DNA of 64,000 bases from Tubulanus polymorphus (lineage: Eukaryota; Animalia; Nemertea), in the NCBI RefSeq assembly GCF_964204645.1, contig NC_134028.1, forward strand, positions 1,922,001 through 1,986,000, read 5' to 3'. Under the pieces are notes generated by a model. That model had not been told where the DNA came from, made no database searches, and saw only the letters and a program-made list of their open reading frames with translations. Below, in pieces: positions 1-13,693 of this stretch (within the stretch, counting starts at the first letter, position 1; each line of letters starts with the position of its first letter). Position numbers and translations under genes: made by a program.

Positions 1-3000
1 CATATACATATACCAATAAAAACACCAATCACCCCGCTATATTTCAATCAATTACACATCAACGTCAACGTTATTTGACAATGTGTAAATAACGAAATTC
101 TTAACTGGCATCGATCTATTTCAGATACCGGGGCCATTGACGAATACTTCGTTGAGGTAGAATTGTCTCCTGCGAGTGGATAGCATTTAACGCCATTTTC
201 ATATAGTTCCATAACCATCCATTTAGAATTCTTAGAACGGCTCATAAATAAATAAGAATGTCTTTGCAGTGACGTAGTTTTAGCCGAGTTTTCGGACGCT
301 TGTTGTCACACTGAGGATTATTCCAGAATCGTGACAGCCGTTGTTGCCGTTGTTGTCGTTGTTACCGCTGTTCGTGATTACTCGTAGGATTGATTAGTCT
401 GAGACTGAGATTAACGCTGCTCGTTACAAGTTCGGGTCTGTTGATTGCCGCCATTTACGTAAGCGCGGTCTTGTGTAAATGCCAATGAATGTAGGAATGG
501 TCTACTGTAAATACCAATCACGATCTATCTTACTCTCAAAGATAATCATGTTGCTGTTGGTCTTGTATGGAACATGTTTAAGGCCAGTCTCTTGATAATC
601 ACTCGAATTACGTCTGATCACGGTTATATCATCACGTTATATAGAGGCAATTTCCCGCTACCGAGAGTGTCAATTGACCTCCAACCGTTCCTGGCATTGA
701 TGTCAAAGAGACAGGGATGGAGTGTAATGAATGAGTACCTCCTGGAGTCGTGCTGTGGAATCAGCCATTAACATAACAAGTACCTAAGACAAACCAAATC
801 TCACAAACAACGCCGACAGATCTCGATGCGTGCATTAGATACCTCTAGGGTAAATAAAAAGCTTTCATCGAAAATTCATCACCGACGTGACGGTGCATTT
901 GTTTTATATTTAAGTCTGATATATGAAGAAGGTATTCACTTATTCATACGATTCATTGGTTAACATTCTGTCGCTGTGTTCAAACAATTCAATATATCGG
1001 TTCTTGTATTCGAGACTCGAGACTCGAGAGAGACGTGATCTTCGCAGATTTCACGATACTGATTATAAATGTATGCGGTTTATTCCGTTTTATCACCGAT
1101 CATGAAATATTTGCCGATGGTTTCCTGGAAACGTTGAATAGGTTTAGAACAGGATTTACAAGTGTCGTTCAACAGAATACAGATGAGACGGGCGATCATT
1201 TGTGGACGATAGACGAATCTCTCTAAGAGCATTAGTTCCACTTTATTCCGCCTAACAAGCGCCACTCTGCACATTATTGTGCACATTTTTATTGCATTTA
1301 CTAAGTTTTAAAATCGAGTATTTTGCCACGATTCAGACCACAGGTTCCGTGGTTATTTATTTTCCTATCCGACTTTCTGCCGTCAGCCCATTTATCATTC
1401 ACCTCATTCGAAAATATCGTTATGATTTATCGTTTAAATTACGATGATTTGAACGCGTTGATTGAACGAGTGTCGGATCTCATAGGGCGCTGATTATAGT
1501 TATCCAGCAGTTCTTCGTGAAATCTATAAACGAAAGTCTTGACGAATCATTATCGATGAATTCGCAATCTATCTATCTATCAATATTTAGGATGTGCAGC
1601 AGAGACGCATCGATTCAGAAAGACCCAAAACGCCCTCGGACGCAGATAAATCTATGAAATGAATAAACTAATGTCAAGCATTAGAATGTTCCGATTGCTC
1701 ATGGATTTTGACGAGTGAATATCGAACCAAACTGAAGCTTTTGAATATATTTGTCATCATTGATCTTTCGAATTATGGCTAGTAGGCTGATGTTAGTATG
1801 AATACGTATAGCGGGGACCTAACCTTCGAATGAATAGAACAGATGAATATTTTCTATTCTTACTAAAAAAATGCCATTGTAAAAAATTATTCAGACATTA
1901 TAGGTTATTGATTTTATTGATTGGCAACGGATAGAAAATTTCGTTAAGGTATACTTCCATATATGCCTTCGGTAAATGGCGTCGGGGCAATCAATTATGA
2001 CTTTCTCCCACATCCGAAAATTGAAAGAGCTGCTTTCAAGCAACAGTAAAGCAGAAATATTTCCCTATCCATTAAATCGCGTATATTATTTTCTGCATCG
2101 ACATAAAATCGCGCGCTTTTACTCTTTGACGGCAGTATCCTCAGTTCAAAGCCATGCATGATACGTGATTTAGCGACATAACAAGAGGAATGGCTTACGG
2201 CGGCTAAACGGGTATCGGGATAAACTAATTTCACGGCGGCACGGCTGTGTTCTCATACAAAATGTATAGGAACATACAGCATTGACATATTGCCTGATTC
2301 GATCTAACCCCAGCTTTATTCAACGATCAGAAAAAAGCATGAACTTGAATACTTTAACCTCTACGCGGTCGACGGTGGGTTGGAGAAGCATCGTTAGAAT
2401 GGACAGTCGGGTCCGGCGTGCAATATAATCAGACAGACAGCGAATTGAAGCTAATTACTGGATATATAAGAGTAATCAACAATCGATCAAAGCAATATTG
2501 ATGATGATTTATTCATTTGCAGTGTAAAGACACACGCTGTGAGCAGGTACCACCGTTTATAGGAATGAACATCTCTGAGTAAAATGCTATGATATCGACG
2601 TACCGGATACCATTCCCCAAGGCCGAGCATTCGAAAAAAAAGAACGAAGAAATCTTAATTTCCAATGATTTAACGCTCCTTTGATTGTGGTTTTCAGTTT
2701 GAAAAATCACCGTAGTCCAACGACTTCAGGTTTCATGATTAGCGGACTTGTGGTCGGACGGAGTTAATGATTAAACGCAGTTCGGCCTACACGCATTTCA
2801 CAGGAACTCGGTCTGAACTATAGTGACCACGCTCAACCCCCGTGGTTCACTATTTCCGGACTATATTTCCGAGACTTTCAGTTTCATCCGAAGATCGCCT
2901 CATTCCAACAAACGAAGACCGCCATGCAAACGCGTGGTTGAAATCTTCGAAGGTAACATCATCAATTTTCGATTCGTCTGTACGCGGAAAACGGTTGCCA

Positions 3001-3966
3001 CAGATTGGATGGAAGATTGAAGGAAATGGCTGGCTCTAGCCTATTATTCCAAAGAAAGGGTTGTCAATTTCGTTTTTATTAGCTTATCATTCTTTGATAA
3101 CTCACGTAATGGATTCGATGCTATCGGAGGGAAAGTACCTAACGTACGTAACATGCCCATCTATCGCAGTAGATTTCATACGTAATGCATTTCGTATCAG
3201 CCTTTAGGCGTTGTTTATATCAGTAATGGCGTTATATTTTTACTTGACTCAAAAGAAAAACATGTTCCACAATTTCCACTTTCCATCGGTAGGACAAGCC
3301 TCCTATATTGTATTCATCGTCTTTTCCCGAATAAGGAGCGTCTAGTGATCAAATATCTCCAAAAATCAATAGCTACCGCAACATTGTTTCTGGTGTCATT
3401 TTCGACGCTTTATTGCGGTCGATAGTCACAGATGAAATCTCGTCATCCCGTTGTTTTGACAACCTTTCACGCGCGCTAATTGGTACATTGCTATCTGACG
3501 ATGCGTTGATATCCGAACTTTCGCAGTCGTCAAGAAAATAATGAGATAATAAAAACACGGTGGAAAAAATGTCGCTTCCATGTCGTATTGATAATTCCTT
3601 ATGGGAATTGATGCTGAATATAGCATTTCTGATTCTGAACATTGATTTGAGGGAAATCATCTTGACTTTACTCTGAGGGGTTAGTGTATTTAATTGCAGT
3701 GCTTAAAGTATGTTCACGTAATGTGAAGATGTATACCCGGTAATTGATTTGGCAATTTATGCCATTAGCAGAAATATTGTTTAGATGCAACGCACGCGCG
3801 GGCATTGATTTCGGCAGATCGAAATCCATAAATAGACTGAATAAATTAAACTGATTAACCTTTACATTCTACAATACATGATATATATTACAAGAACTAC
3901 GAACCCCAAAAACATCAGTTGAAACAAAACAAGCCTCCAATTCGTAGAATTGATAAGATTACCTAC

Positions 3967-4183
3967 CTGTTTCTTCTGAGAGAATGTGATTTGGATCGCA
4001 TAAGTTCGATTTCCGTCGTCGGCCGCATTTTGTTGCGTCTTTTCGCGGATTTGGGAAGTCCTCTTTTCTCCAAACGGTAACTGGTGTGTAATCGGTCGTA
4101 TTTTCTGTTGTTACGGCCTGAATTATGGAACTTTGTGTCACGCAAGACAGTAACAAACACGCCAAAATAATTCCTAACTTCAT
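3967..4183 (-). CDS. First coding exon of a secreted/membrane MOLO-1-like (TPM-domain) protein; remaining exons not found in the window
   Basis: ATG at 4183, hydrophobic signal peptide MKLGIILACLLLSCV, then W..EDFPNP.....KCGR...S.LCDPNHILS typical of the MOLO-1/TPM N-terminus; donor CAG|GTAGGT at 3967/3966. Confidence 0.7.
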
Positions 4184-5114
4184 TGCACGCGGCCACAACA
4201 CATACCGTGTATTGTTATTACAGAGAAAAAATATCCCATCTTTCAATAATTAAATGAAAGCTATCTTAGCTCTAAATACTTCATATCTCTCTAACTCCGT
4301 TCGTTACCTTTCGCATGAACTGCAATGGAACGTGCATTTGTGTAATCATTATTTCCGAATCACATTTTAAATCCTCGCCGCAGTTTAATCGATTCAATAT
4401 TAAGTCGATGTACGATGTAGAACGTTTCTGTGAGCAATAGATCTCTCACGTATCGCCATCATTGCCAGCGGAATATTGAGCGTAACATTGGGAGACTGGC
4501 TGGATAGAGAAAGCAGGCGATGCGTATTGTTGATCGATCTAGTGGTGTGTTCCACCACCGCCAGTGGCTCCTACTGCAAGACCAGAACTACCCGTCGTAC
4601 CAAATATACAGACCGGTAAATGTGTCTTTTTGGTCGTTCCCATAAAACAGCTTAATTTTTCAGCAAATCAGGTTTGTCTCATCTATCGTGCCGCCAGTGT
4701 CTCACCAGTGAAAACAAATCGTTATTAGTTTTATAATTGGTCCCGGTTTGTCAGAGTATGGAAAGGTTTATTATAGTTTAGTTTTATTTCTTTACCACTG
4801 AGATCGAGGAAAGGATCTCCTTTCCGAGATCATACGACGTTTTTCATCCTTTTGGCGTGTGGGATTTCTTTAAATAGGCATCTACGAGGGCGCGCCGGGT
4901 CTACCGGTGTACTCGCACAAGTCGGAGTTCGGTGACGCCCGCTCGCTCCGCATGCCGGTTCATTGAACGTACTATGGCACGTTGAAGAATCTGTTCGCGA
5001 AAGCGGTCGCTGAAGTGTACGCGATCATTCATTCACTTCCTGGTTCAATTTTTCCGAGTAAACCACTTTCGTCATCTGTAATTGTATACATTAAATGATT
5101 GTTTTGCACTTGAG

Positions 5115-6634
5115 ATGTACACTCACGGTGTCCGGGGACCGAAACCAAATCTAACAGCAAGAACACGACAAGGTAAACATGGTAAACACTCATTTTATTG
5201 TCGAATGAAATGACATTGTGGAGGCTGGACTGTGCGTGTCTATACGCTGTTTCATCCCTTGTGTCGTGATTTTATATAAAAGCGTCACGACCGTCTGATA
5301 ATGATCCTTAACGACCAATTTTTTATCGGAACTTTATAGTGGATAAATAAACAATATGAACACAAGGTATTTCCGTGATATTTTGAATTTATTCACAGTC
5401 CATATGTAGCGCCATTCTCGCGAGATTATCAACAACTCGGAAATAAAATCCAAGCCCATCGCCAAACCCCTGTGGTATTGATGAATTGTGAAATAGGTCA
5501 AACGAGCTACGAACCATGATTATTTTAAGTGTAGCTTAGACTTATCTAAATAATTCAAAACAACCTTTTAAAACATCTCCGGGACAAATTTCTGTGAATT
5601 AAATGCTGGGCCGGGATTAATGAATGAGTTAATAGCACGTGTGTGTTTAATGTTAATTTAGTGTTAAGAAGTAAGATTACAAAAGTTCACTTTTTTGCAG
5701 GCGCGCCGAACCCAAACTATCCACCACAGATCCACCACGTTCCACAACAGCATTCAATTCCACCCAGACACCATCACCACCATCATCAGAACTTCCAACA
5801 GTACAGTATAAATCAACAGCAACAGTTGGATCATTCAGACTCGTATCCAGGACCCGGAGGGCCGATTGGTATTAGGTAAACATCAAATTGTTCTGAGGAA
5901 GTCAGAAGTGTGAATTTTAATGTTTTGCACCATGCTGAGAAAATGTACATTTCGTTTACTGAAGATATGAAGTAGCCATGAATAACTGATAACCATTGTG
6001 GGAATGGTTTCAATTTTGCGATTTGGATTTTATACAAGCATTTTGTGCATCAAGTTTAGTACAATACACGATATCATTTCAAGTGGAATGTCTCTTATAT
6101 TGCAGTGGACCTCGGCCGGTGTTTACAAATGGGAAGAAATCTGGAAACAGTGGCATGAATCGGGCTGGGAGTAGATCCCCCTCAGAACAGCCGTTATCAG
6201 CTAATGAAGAATGCGTCAAATATGTCAGTGATGGTAAGTGATGCTACATTGTTTATTTGTACATGAGGCTACCGAACTATGAGGAATCTTCATAATCAAA
6301 GTGTCCATTTTATTTTTTCAGCATGGTCGAGAGTCCAAAAAGAGATGGAGATGGCCCAGAGGCAAGGAACTGGAGGTAACTGGAGACTTGTATTTTCAAA
6401 TGTTCTCTTCTATTTCTCTTCAATTTTTGAATTTTTCATTTGTGAATATATTATTTTTACAGGTGGACCCGTGTACTACATAGAAAAACAGCTCGGGCAA
6501 TTCAAAGGTTTGTTCATTCATTACATTCCACGTATAATTGTTTAGTTTTATTACAGTCTAATTCTAATTTGATCCTTTCAGATTTCCAGCCATTCGACCT
6601 CGAGAAGTGGAAGGCAGGAAACCACCAGCTATGA
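5115..6634 (+). CDS. MCRIP2: MAPK-regulated corepressor-interacting protein (MCRIP/FAM195), 6 coding exons
   Basis: Exons 5115-5172, 5701-5875, 6106-6233, 6322-6375, 6463-6507, 6582-6634 join in frame with GT-AG introns. Motifs PRPVFTNGK, NEECVKYVSDAWSRV, YYIEK, FKDFQPFDLEKW match FAM195. MCRIP1 vs MCRIP2 cannot be distinguished. Confidence 0.85.
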
Positions 6635-7911
6635 GCAACGCTTTTTATATAGTATCTGTACAGACATTTTAACACAATTTTTGGGGGCAGTATGCAGCAT
6701 CAGCAGCAGCAGCAGCTACGATTGTGTTGTATGTGCGCGTGCGTACGTTTAAATTAGAACAACTTCTAGTCAAATCATGTACAGCATTCTGACAGAAATA
6801 ATACCCGAATTAAAACCCTCGCCGAGGGCCGCCATTTGAATAATATTTCTGTTTCACATATTGTAATATGTACATGGACTGGAGACGATTTTTATTTTTA
6901 GTACTACTATTTTGCGAAGTTATATTGTTACGTATCGGAATTCTTCCGTTTTACGACGTGGAATGATGAACGCAGATATAAGATATAAAATTTAGCATTA
7001 TATTTTTTTTTGTGTAAAAACAGTGTGGTCGCGCATTTATTAGTGTAATTTAACGTAGTTAGAAAGCTTTCAATTATTTGTCAAATTGTTCAAACCTCAT
7101 CCGTAGTGGTGACTTTCTCACGAAATATTTTATCAGATGTCGATGTTCTTCTAATATTTAGTTACGTAATTTTGAATGGTTTCATACTTTCTAAAACGAA
7201 AAGCAAAAAGATTGTACGTTTCGAGATGTGTTTTGACGAAATAGTGCCTGATCATGACTAACTTAAGATTAACTATCAGTTGTAGATGCAATCAGATAAT
7301 TTAAATGTTCTCTATATCTAAGGATCTGATTTGCACATTTTCTGACGGCCATGTGTGCGAGTTATGAAAGTATGTATTTTTACACCGTAATTTCTTTGTT
7401 TGTTTTTATGCAACAAATAAAGGAAATTTGTCTTTGTAATGTAAAAATATTATTTTAAGTTATCTTTCTTTGATCGGTTTCACCTTTATGGGGGCATGTT
7501 TTATATTGGAAAACCTTTTCATTTCTTGATGATTCGATACAGTTATCAAGCGCTAGAAACTTTTGATGAATATGAAAAGCATATACCGACGTCAAAACCA
7601 CATAAGAACAGGAAACGAAATTCATAATATGGACTTCCCTAAAATTTACATGATAATGTACTGTTTAATCAAGTATCAAAATTCAAGAGAAAAATTGTTT
7701 TTTTTTTTCAAATTATAACTGGCAAGCATGAAATTTTGTCTGAATGGCCCTAGATACTAAACATGACAACCGACAACCCCAACGTTTGACCTTACTCCTG
7801 CCACATTTCACAAAGGGCCAAAATAATCGACCACAGTGTACAAAGAAAGGACCTACCTTTCTGAACTGAAACATATACTGACGTCAAAACCACATAAATC
7901 AGAAAAAACAA

Positions 7912-9579
7912 CTATTTATTATTATTAAGTGGCTTCTGTACATTTTTAAATCCTAATTTTTTTAAGGATTTATCATATTTTATTATAAATTCGGCGTACA
8001 TATCCTGAAATGGTGTCTTGCTCTCACTGGGAGTCGCAGGGATTAACATCATACGCTTAATACTAGGATATTTCATCAGTACATTTTGGAGCAAACCGTA
8101 GAAACTTGAACACGTCCAATACCAACTCATACTCTGAAATACATAGTTTTATGCAATCTACGTAATTGCAGCATAGAAAGTTCAGATTAACATGGTTTTG
8201 ACTTAAGATCTCTGAAACTTACACTGGGAACACAGGCAGCAATAGGAATCATAACTAAACTAACGCCTCGTAGTAAATACGTTATTCGCGTATGAAATTT
8301 TGTAGGTTTCTTATTTTGTAAAGCATTCATCTGAAAAGAAACATTTTGATAATCAGCAAAAATAATATCACTAAAAAAAGTGATCTTCATGAAGACAAAG
8401 CTCAATTTATTGTGGTGAAATGATCTATTAGAATTATGGTGTACCTCAATTATGATAAGATTCAAAAGGCCCAGTGTAACGGGTAAAATGAATGTTGTGT
8501 CAGCCAGGCATAAATTACTGAACCATAAAGCACCCTCATTAACAAAACCGGGAGCCAAAACAGTTGCTTCTGAAAAGAAAGGTTTTGACCAAAAGATGAG
8601 CTACAATCATAAAATGTTCAGTTGGTTACAAAGTTCCAAATTTCAGATTCAAAATCTATATGAGTTTTGACTCTGTTTACTTACCAACACCTTTTATAGG
8701 AACATAGCCACTCATATTGCGTAAGGCGAATGATAGACATATCCACATAGGTAACTGAATCCATACGACCAGTGAAGCTTTGAATGGATGACTGTTCTCG
8801 CGTATATACAAATCTTTGATTAATTTCTTCATCTGAAAATGTGATCAGTGATGAAATTCCACTTTTAGGCTGTGGTTTATGATAATGACAAACAACTTAT
8901 TATCTCACTGACCATAAGAGAACTCGGAGGTACGTACAGTTGAGTTATATTTCCTTCTGGCCAATTTTTTATCCCATTTGAATTGTTGAGTCGCCTGTGC
9001 AACCTCTAGTTTAAGTCGTTTTGAAAGAGCCATGATTTCTGGCTGCAAAAGCTCAACTTTGGCGATGATTTTTTGCGAATAAACGGCTAGCGGTAGCGTG
9101 ACGATCGTCCTCAATCCAAATGTTGTTAACATGATACTCGCCCACCATGGTAACCCTAAAAACAAACAAAACATGCAGCATTTTCAAAAACGATAAATAT
9201 TTACTTGAAAATAGGATATCTTTCAATACTGACCTGTCGTGCAATGAACGTATTCTAAGATGTTCTGCGCCAGTCCAATAGGTGGTGACTCGGCTGATAA
9301 ATAATTATTATAGAAATCAGCTGAAAAATTCCGCCTCTGTTCGAAATTAAATACGTTATGATTCGTAGCTAATAACGCAGTTTGTCGAGTCACGGGTTTC
9401 ATATTTGAGATAGAACCATCTTTTACCGATAGCATCTTAAGACACTTCGTGCAACGATAGCTTCCAGAATTGTTTGTCGATAAGTTTGCCAGTAATATTG
9501 GTACCGACGCGTTTAGTCTTCTATTAACCATCATTATTGTCGAGGGATTAAGTTGCCTCGAAATCAGACGAGATGCCAT
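7912..9579 (-). CDS. COX18: Mitochondrial inner membrane insertase COX18 (Oxa1/YidC family), multi-exon
   Basis: Presequence-like N-terminus; GLPWWASIMLTTFGLRTIVTLPLA, HPFKASLVVWIQLPMW, GALWFSNL...D..FILP, YWTCSSFYGLLQN motifs across exons. Confidence 0.92.
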
Positions 9580-9706
9580 GATAAGCGAGATAGGAACCTT
9601 GGTCAGGGACTGGACTTAATACACCAGTTAGGAGACTCAATGCATCCTTTCCTTCCGTCTCATCAGATCAAGAGTCTAACTCGAAGAGCCAGAATAGTTC
9701 ACACAG

Positions 9707-9867
9707 GGGCTCGTATCAGAATTGTAGATTAATTTAAAAATGATAATCTCTTAATCCAATGTCCATAATGTGTATAAAATAACGTTATTTTATATATTCC
9801 ACAGACATTGGATTAATAGATTAATATTTTTGACAGTAAGTAGTACCTACAACTGCGATACGAGCCC
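9707..9867. mobile_element. Fold-back MITE (PIF/Harbinger-like)
   Basis: TIR GGGCTCGTATC...GATACGAGCCC, nested inverted arms, central perfect palindrome TATAAAATAACGTTATTTTATA; preceded by CAG. Confidence 0.7.
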
Positions 9868-11515
9868 AGTTAAGACAGTGAATTAGGACAATAATTCTAA
9901 TTTCACACCACAATCAACATATACTATGAGTAGAATATTTGTTACTTCAGGAAAGACCCTCTAAAACAGTTGAAAAAAGGCATCAAGCGTCAGGGTAAGA
10001 CACTAGTTATGTTAACTGCACTGCACTGCACCCGGAAGTATTATCGTATATTGAATTGAATTGATATATGCACAGTGGGTGCTCTCCGGAAATAGACTGG
10101 TTGACTGTCGATCGCGGTCGATACAAAATGGCGGCACATTGAATAGTAGTTACTAAATCTAGAGGTACAACGAATTGTGGAATTAGTCTTCGAGGGTTAA
10201 GGCTTGGAGTAATCAAGGTTAGGGTAAGGTCTACTGTGCATATTGTTCGTCGTTCCGCTAACACTTGTTTGTATCAGAAGGTATTACCTGTCCTACATCA
10301 TAAATCTCCGAATGAATCCCCAGAGAGTGCTTGAAAATCCATTGTAATAAACAACAAATGAAATATTTTGATAATCACAATGTATATCGTTTTTCTCATT
10401 TTATTCACATGTTTTCCATTAAAACAACATAACGAAAATCGTTGAGTCTAAGATCAGATGGTCGTTTGAACCCTACACGTATACATTCAAAAAGTCTAAA
10501 GCAGAAGACAATTTTACGTAGGTATCAAAGTATTGATCCCTGTTAAAACATTACAACATCAGACTTACAACAATACATAAGTGAACAAATTACAAAATCA
10601 CATACAAACATAAGCAGGAGAATATAAGTATGTATGATCAAACAAAATAAGTTTTCCATGGAAAAAATCCCTTCTTTCATGAGCTGTATATGGCCTACGA
10701 AATAGATTTTCTATTAATTTAAGCATAGATAAATATGAGACATTTGACCAAGAAGCGTTAAAAGTGGTCACCTATCAACTTGGTTATTTTGGATAGAACA
10801 CTCAACAATGGTGATTGATAGATCATTAATCATAATTTGAAAATGGCATGAAATCATACATGAATTAAATTGCTTGGATGTCATATGGTTGAAAATAATT
10901 AAATCATTCATGTATTATTAAATCAACCAATTAAGACAATTACATGTATTACTGCTTTCAATCAGAGAAGGAAATCTGAATCGAAAATTCGATCACATGA
11001 TTTATATACAAAATACAAATACATACATAGAGATCTATATTATATAAATACAACACTTACGCATTAAACATCGCCAACCGTTTATTCTTTAAATTTTTTT
11101 TATGGCTCAATGAAATAATTCAGTTTTACAGTTTGATGGATAGGGTTACTTTTTAGCCTTATACTTTCACTCATGTACTAAAGCTACATCAGATTTTTGC
11201 GGTACGCATACAGCGTATGGTAACGTTTAGAACATTACAACAACCTTAAAGTACGCGGTAAACTTTGTTTCATGGACCAAGTCAGGACAAGCAATGAAAA
11301 TGTCAATACCGGTAAATGTGACATTAATCATGTCAGGTTATTTCTATGGAATGAAAACTTTTTGGATCTGATATTTCGTATCTACAAAATGTATAGAGGA
11401 TATACTATCATATAACATGTATCATAGATCTATATTATGAATACAACACATTTTATACACAAAACATCGCCAACCGTTTATGACACAGAATAGATATGAA
11501 AATTTAGTTAGTCAT

Positions 11516-13468
11516 CTACTCTGAAAATGGGTTAAACATCCCCGAAAGATCACTGACAAATTCTGATTGCCCCGATTGGTCTAACATACGTAGTACATCA
11601 CTGAACTCTTCTTGCTGTTGTGGATGTGCCTGTTGCTGTTGTTGTGCCGAGGACGCTGAGCTATTACCAGTTTGATTGTTGGGCGACTGATTCCGCGATG
11701 TGGAAGGATTTGATGATTCGCTCCTTCCTTGCCACTGAGGCCAAATCGATGGATTACTGGTTTGTTGAGTATAAACTGCGGATGCTGCTCGTTGCTGCGC
11801 CCCGAGCTGTGTGTAAGTCGGACCAGCTGCTGGTGATCGTGATGGACTTATTTGATTGTAGTTCGTCGTGGTTGAACTTTCATATTCCGAAGCAGTTTGT
11901 TGTTGATACGGTCTCGGCGGTGACCACGTTGCCGATGGGCTGTGACTTCTAGAGATAATAGATCCGATAGCATTGGTTGAAGCTGAAGCAGGCGCTGAAA
12001 CTGCATTTGTCGAAACTGTAGTATATTTAGCAGGAGACTGGCTAAATGTTGGATAAATATCCTGTTGGCCTTGAACATTTCGCATGTAGGATGCCCTATT
12101 AAAACAGGCTTCAGATCCGCCAGCACCACTCAGACTATGAACTCTTCCGGAATACTCATGGCTGTTATTTCCTTCAACAGGTTGTTGACCCGACTTCGCG
12201 GAGAAGTTTGTACAAACAGTATATTCGATGTCTTCAGTGTACGGATTCAGGAAAGCAAAACTGTTAGTTCTCAGCCATATCCATTCGCGGTTCTTAGCTC
12301 TAAAGCGATACTGAACTGACATCACTTGTCCCTTCAACTTTAAGACCTGATCGAAACTGTCTTTCATATGCGTTTGATCATCAGGGTGGTAGAAATCAAA
12401 CGCCGATTTTCCGAGAAGCTCCTGGGGCTGATATCCGAGAAGTTGAGTGACCCTCTGATCGACGAATGAAAATTTGCTGTCGATGCTATGTCGTGTGATG
12501 AATTCCGATTGGCTCGTAGCTCCGGATAAATCTGATACGTTAGGGGTGCTGGTGACTTGTAATCTTCCGATGCCAACGAGGCAACAGTGAGTTGAATGAT
12601 CATCATTGTCCCTTTGTTCCAGGCTTACGGTCGGAGGCCAGTTTTTAATATATCCAGTAACATGAACGACGGCATACTGCTGCCCATCATTCGAAGAACC
12701 CAGAGTATTACGACTACGAATTCTTACAGAATGATTCGCAGTCATCGGGTCAATAGGTGTATTACCTAACTTCATGCGGCAAATGAATCCTCTACGACTT
12801 CCCATGCATAATCTCATCGAAGATTGATGACCTTCTTTTTTCACCGTGCCCGTTTTGAGATCGAGAATACGACCGGTGTTTTGAGATTCGGTAGTAGACA
12901 GCTGTTCTCTTATCTTTTCAACGTCGTCCGGATGAACCAAGTCGAATAACGGCTGACTGAACCAATCGTTCTGCGTCTGGTAAAGAACCGGGGTTACCGA
13001 GTCGGACACGTAAATTATGCGACCGGAATCGCATTGAACGACGAACAGAAATCCATCAGCCGACTCGAGTATCAAGTGCTTTAATTCTTGATCGGTCAAG
13101 AAAGACGGTTTATAAGATCCGTCAGTCCCGGTATTACCAGTGCCTCTTAAGCTTTTCATATGAGAAACAGCCATACGCAAAATTGTAAGTTTATCCGGTT
13201 TCCTTGCCAGTGTACTGCATGTAGGAACCATGTCACATAATTCATTTATGTAAACTGTCATTTTATTTCGACGTCTTCGCTCTATCTCGCAATGACTTTC
13301 TCGTGCAAATCTTTCCTTATCGGTTTCAGGGTCTCCGGGATAAATGTCTTGTGTGTCCTCGTCATCGGAATCACGACCAGGACAAGATCTCTTACGTTTC
13401 AGGTTCTTATTTCCATCATTATTGTTTCCGCGGCCTGCTGAGCCACTTGAATTAACCGAGGAAGCCAT
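11516..13468 (-). CDS. ARNT: Aryl hydrocarbon receptor nuclear translocator (ARNT/Tango/HIF-1beta), single-exon CDS, 650 aa
   Basis: Uninterrupted ORF from ATG 13468. b[18 protein letters not shown]...[18 protein letters not shown]; [22 protein letters not shown] and [15 protein letters not shown]; [31 protein letters not shown]; Q/S-rich tail. Confidence 0.97.
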   Translation of the reverse strand: MASSVNSSGSAGRGNNNDGNKNLKRKRSCPGRDSDDEDTQDIYPGDPETDKERFARESHCEIERRRRNKMTVYINELCDMVPTCSTLARKPDKLTILRMAVSHMKSLRGTGNTGTDGSYKPSFLTDQELKHLILESADGFLFVVQCDSGRIIYVSDSVTPVLYQTQNDWFSQPLFDLVHPDDVEKIREQLSTTESQNTGRILDLKTGTVKKEGHQSSMRLCMGSRRGFICRMKLGNTPIDPMTANHSVRIRSRNTLGSSNDGQQYAVVHVTGYIKNWPPTVSLEQRDNDDHSTHCCLVGIGRLQVTSTPNVSDLSGATSQSEFITRHSIDSKFSFVDQRVTQLLGYQPQELLGKSAFDFYHPDDQTHMKDSFDQVLKLKGQVMSVQYRFRAKNREWIWLRTNSFAFLNPYTEDIEYTVCTNFSAKSGQQPVEGNNSHEYSGRVHSLSGAGGSEACFNRASYMRNVQGQQDIYPTFSQSPAKYTTVSTNAVSAPASASTNAIGSIISRSHSPSATWSPPRPYQQQTASEYESSTTTNYNQISPSRSPAAGPTYTQLGAQQRAASAVYTQQTSNPSIWPQWQGRSESSNPSTSRNQSPNNQTGNSSASSAQQQQQAHPQQQEEFSDVLRMLDQSGQSEFVSDLSGMFNPFSE

Positions 13469-13681
13469 CGCGCGAGATGAGCAAATCAATAGCTTTAAGA
13501 ATCAGCTAATGTGTACTTAATTATTATCACAAACTCAACAATATCCTGGCCGTAGTCCTGTATTGTAGGACTAGTCCGAATATGTCGGAATAGCGACGAT
13601 TCGATCTATTTTCGAACTGTCAATTTCTCAGTGCAAAACCAATGGATGCTGGATGTTCACTCGGAAGTCTCATTGGTATAT

Positions 13682-13693
13682 TACGCATGCGCA
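13682..13693. promoter_or_regulatory. NRF1/Ewg-like site in the ARNT/CCHCR1 divergent promoter
   Basis: TACGCATGCGCA, close to the YGCGCATGCGCR consensus, between the divergent starts. Confidence 0.5.

Noticed and set aside
4809-4826. Palindrome GGAAAGGA-TC-TCCTTTCC in the MOLO-like/MCRIP spacer
   Set aside because: A single short dyad with no second occurrence or recognisable motif.
11620-12606. Overlapping/antisense ORFs within ARNT (and similar ones in ERCC6, PAPSS, ADRM1)
   Set aside because: Shadow frames of real coding sequence, mostly with non-ATG starts and no homology.
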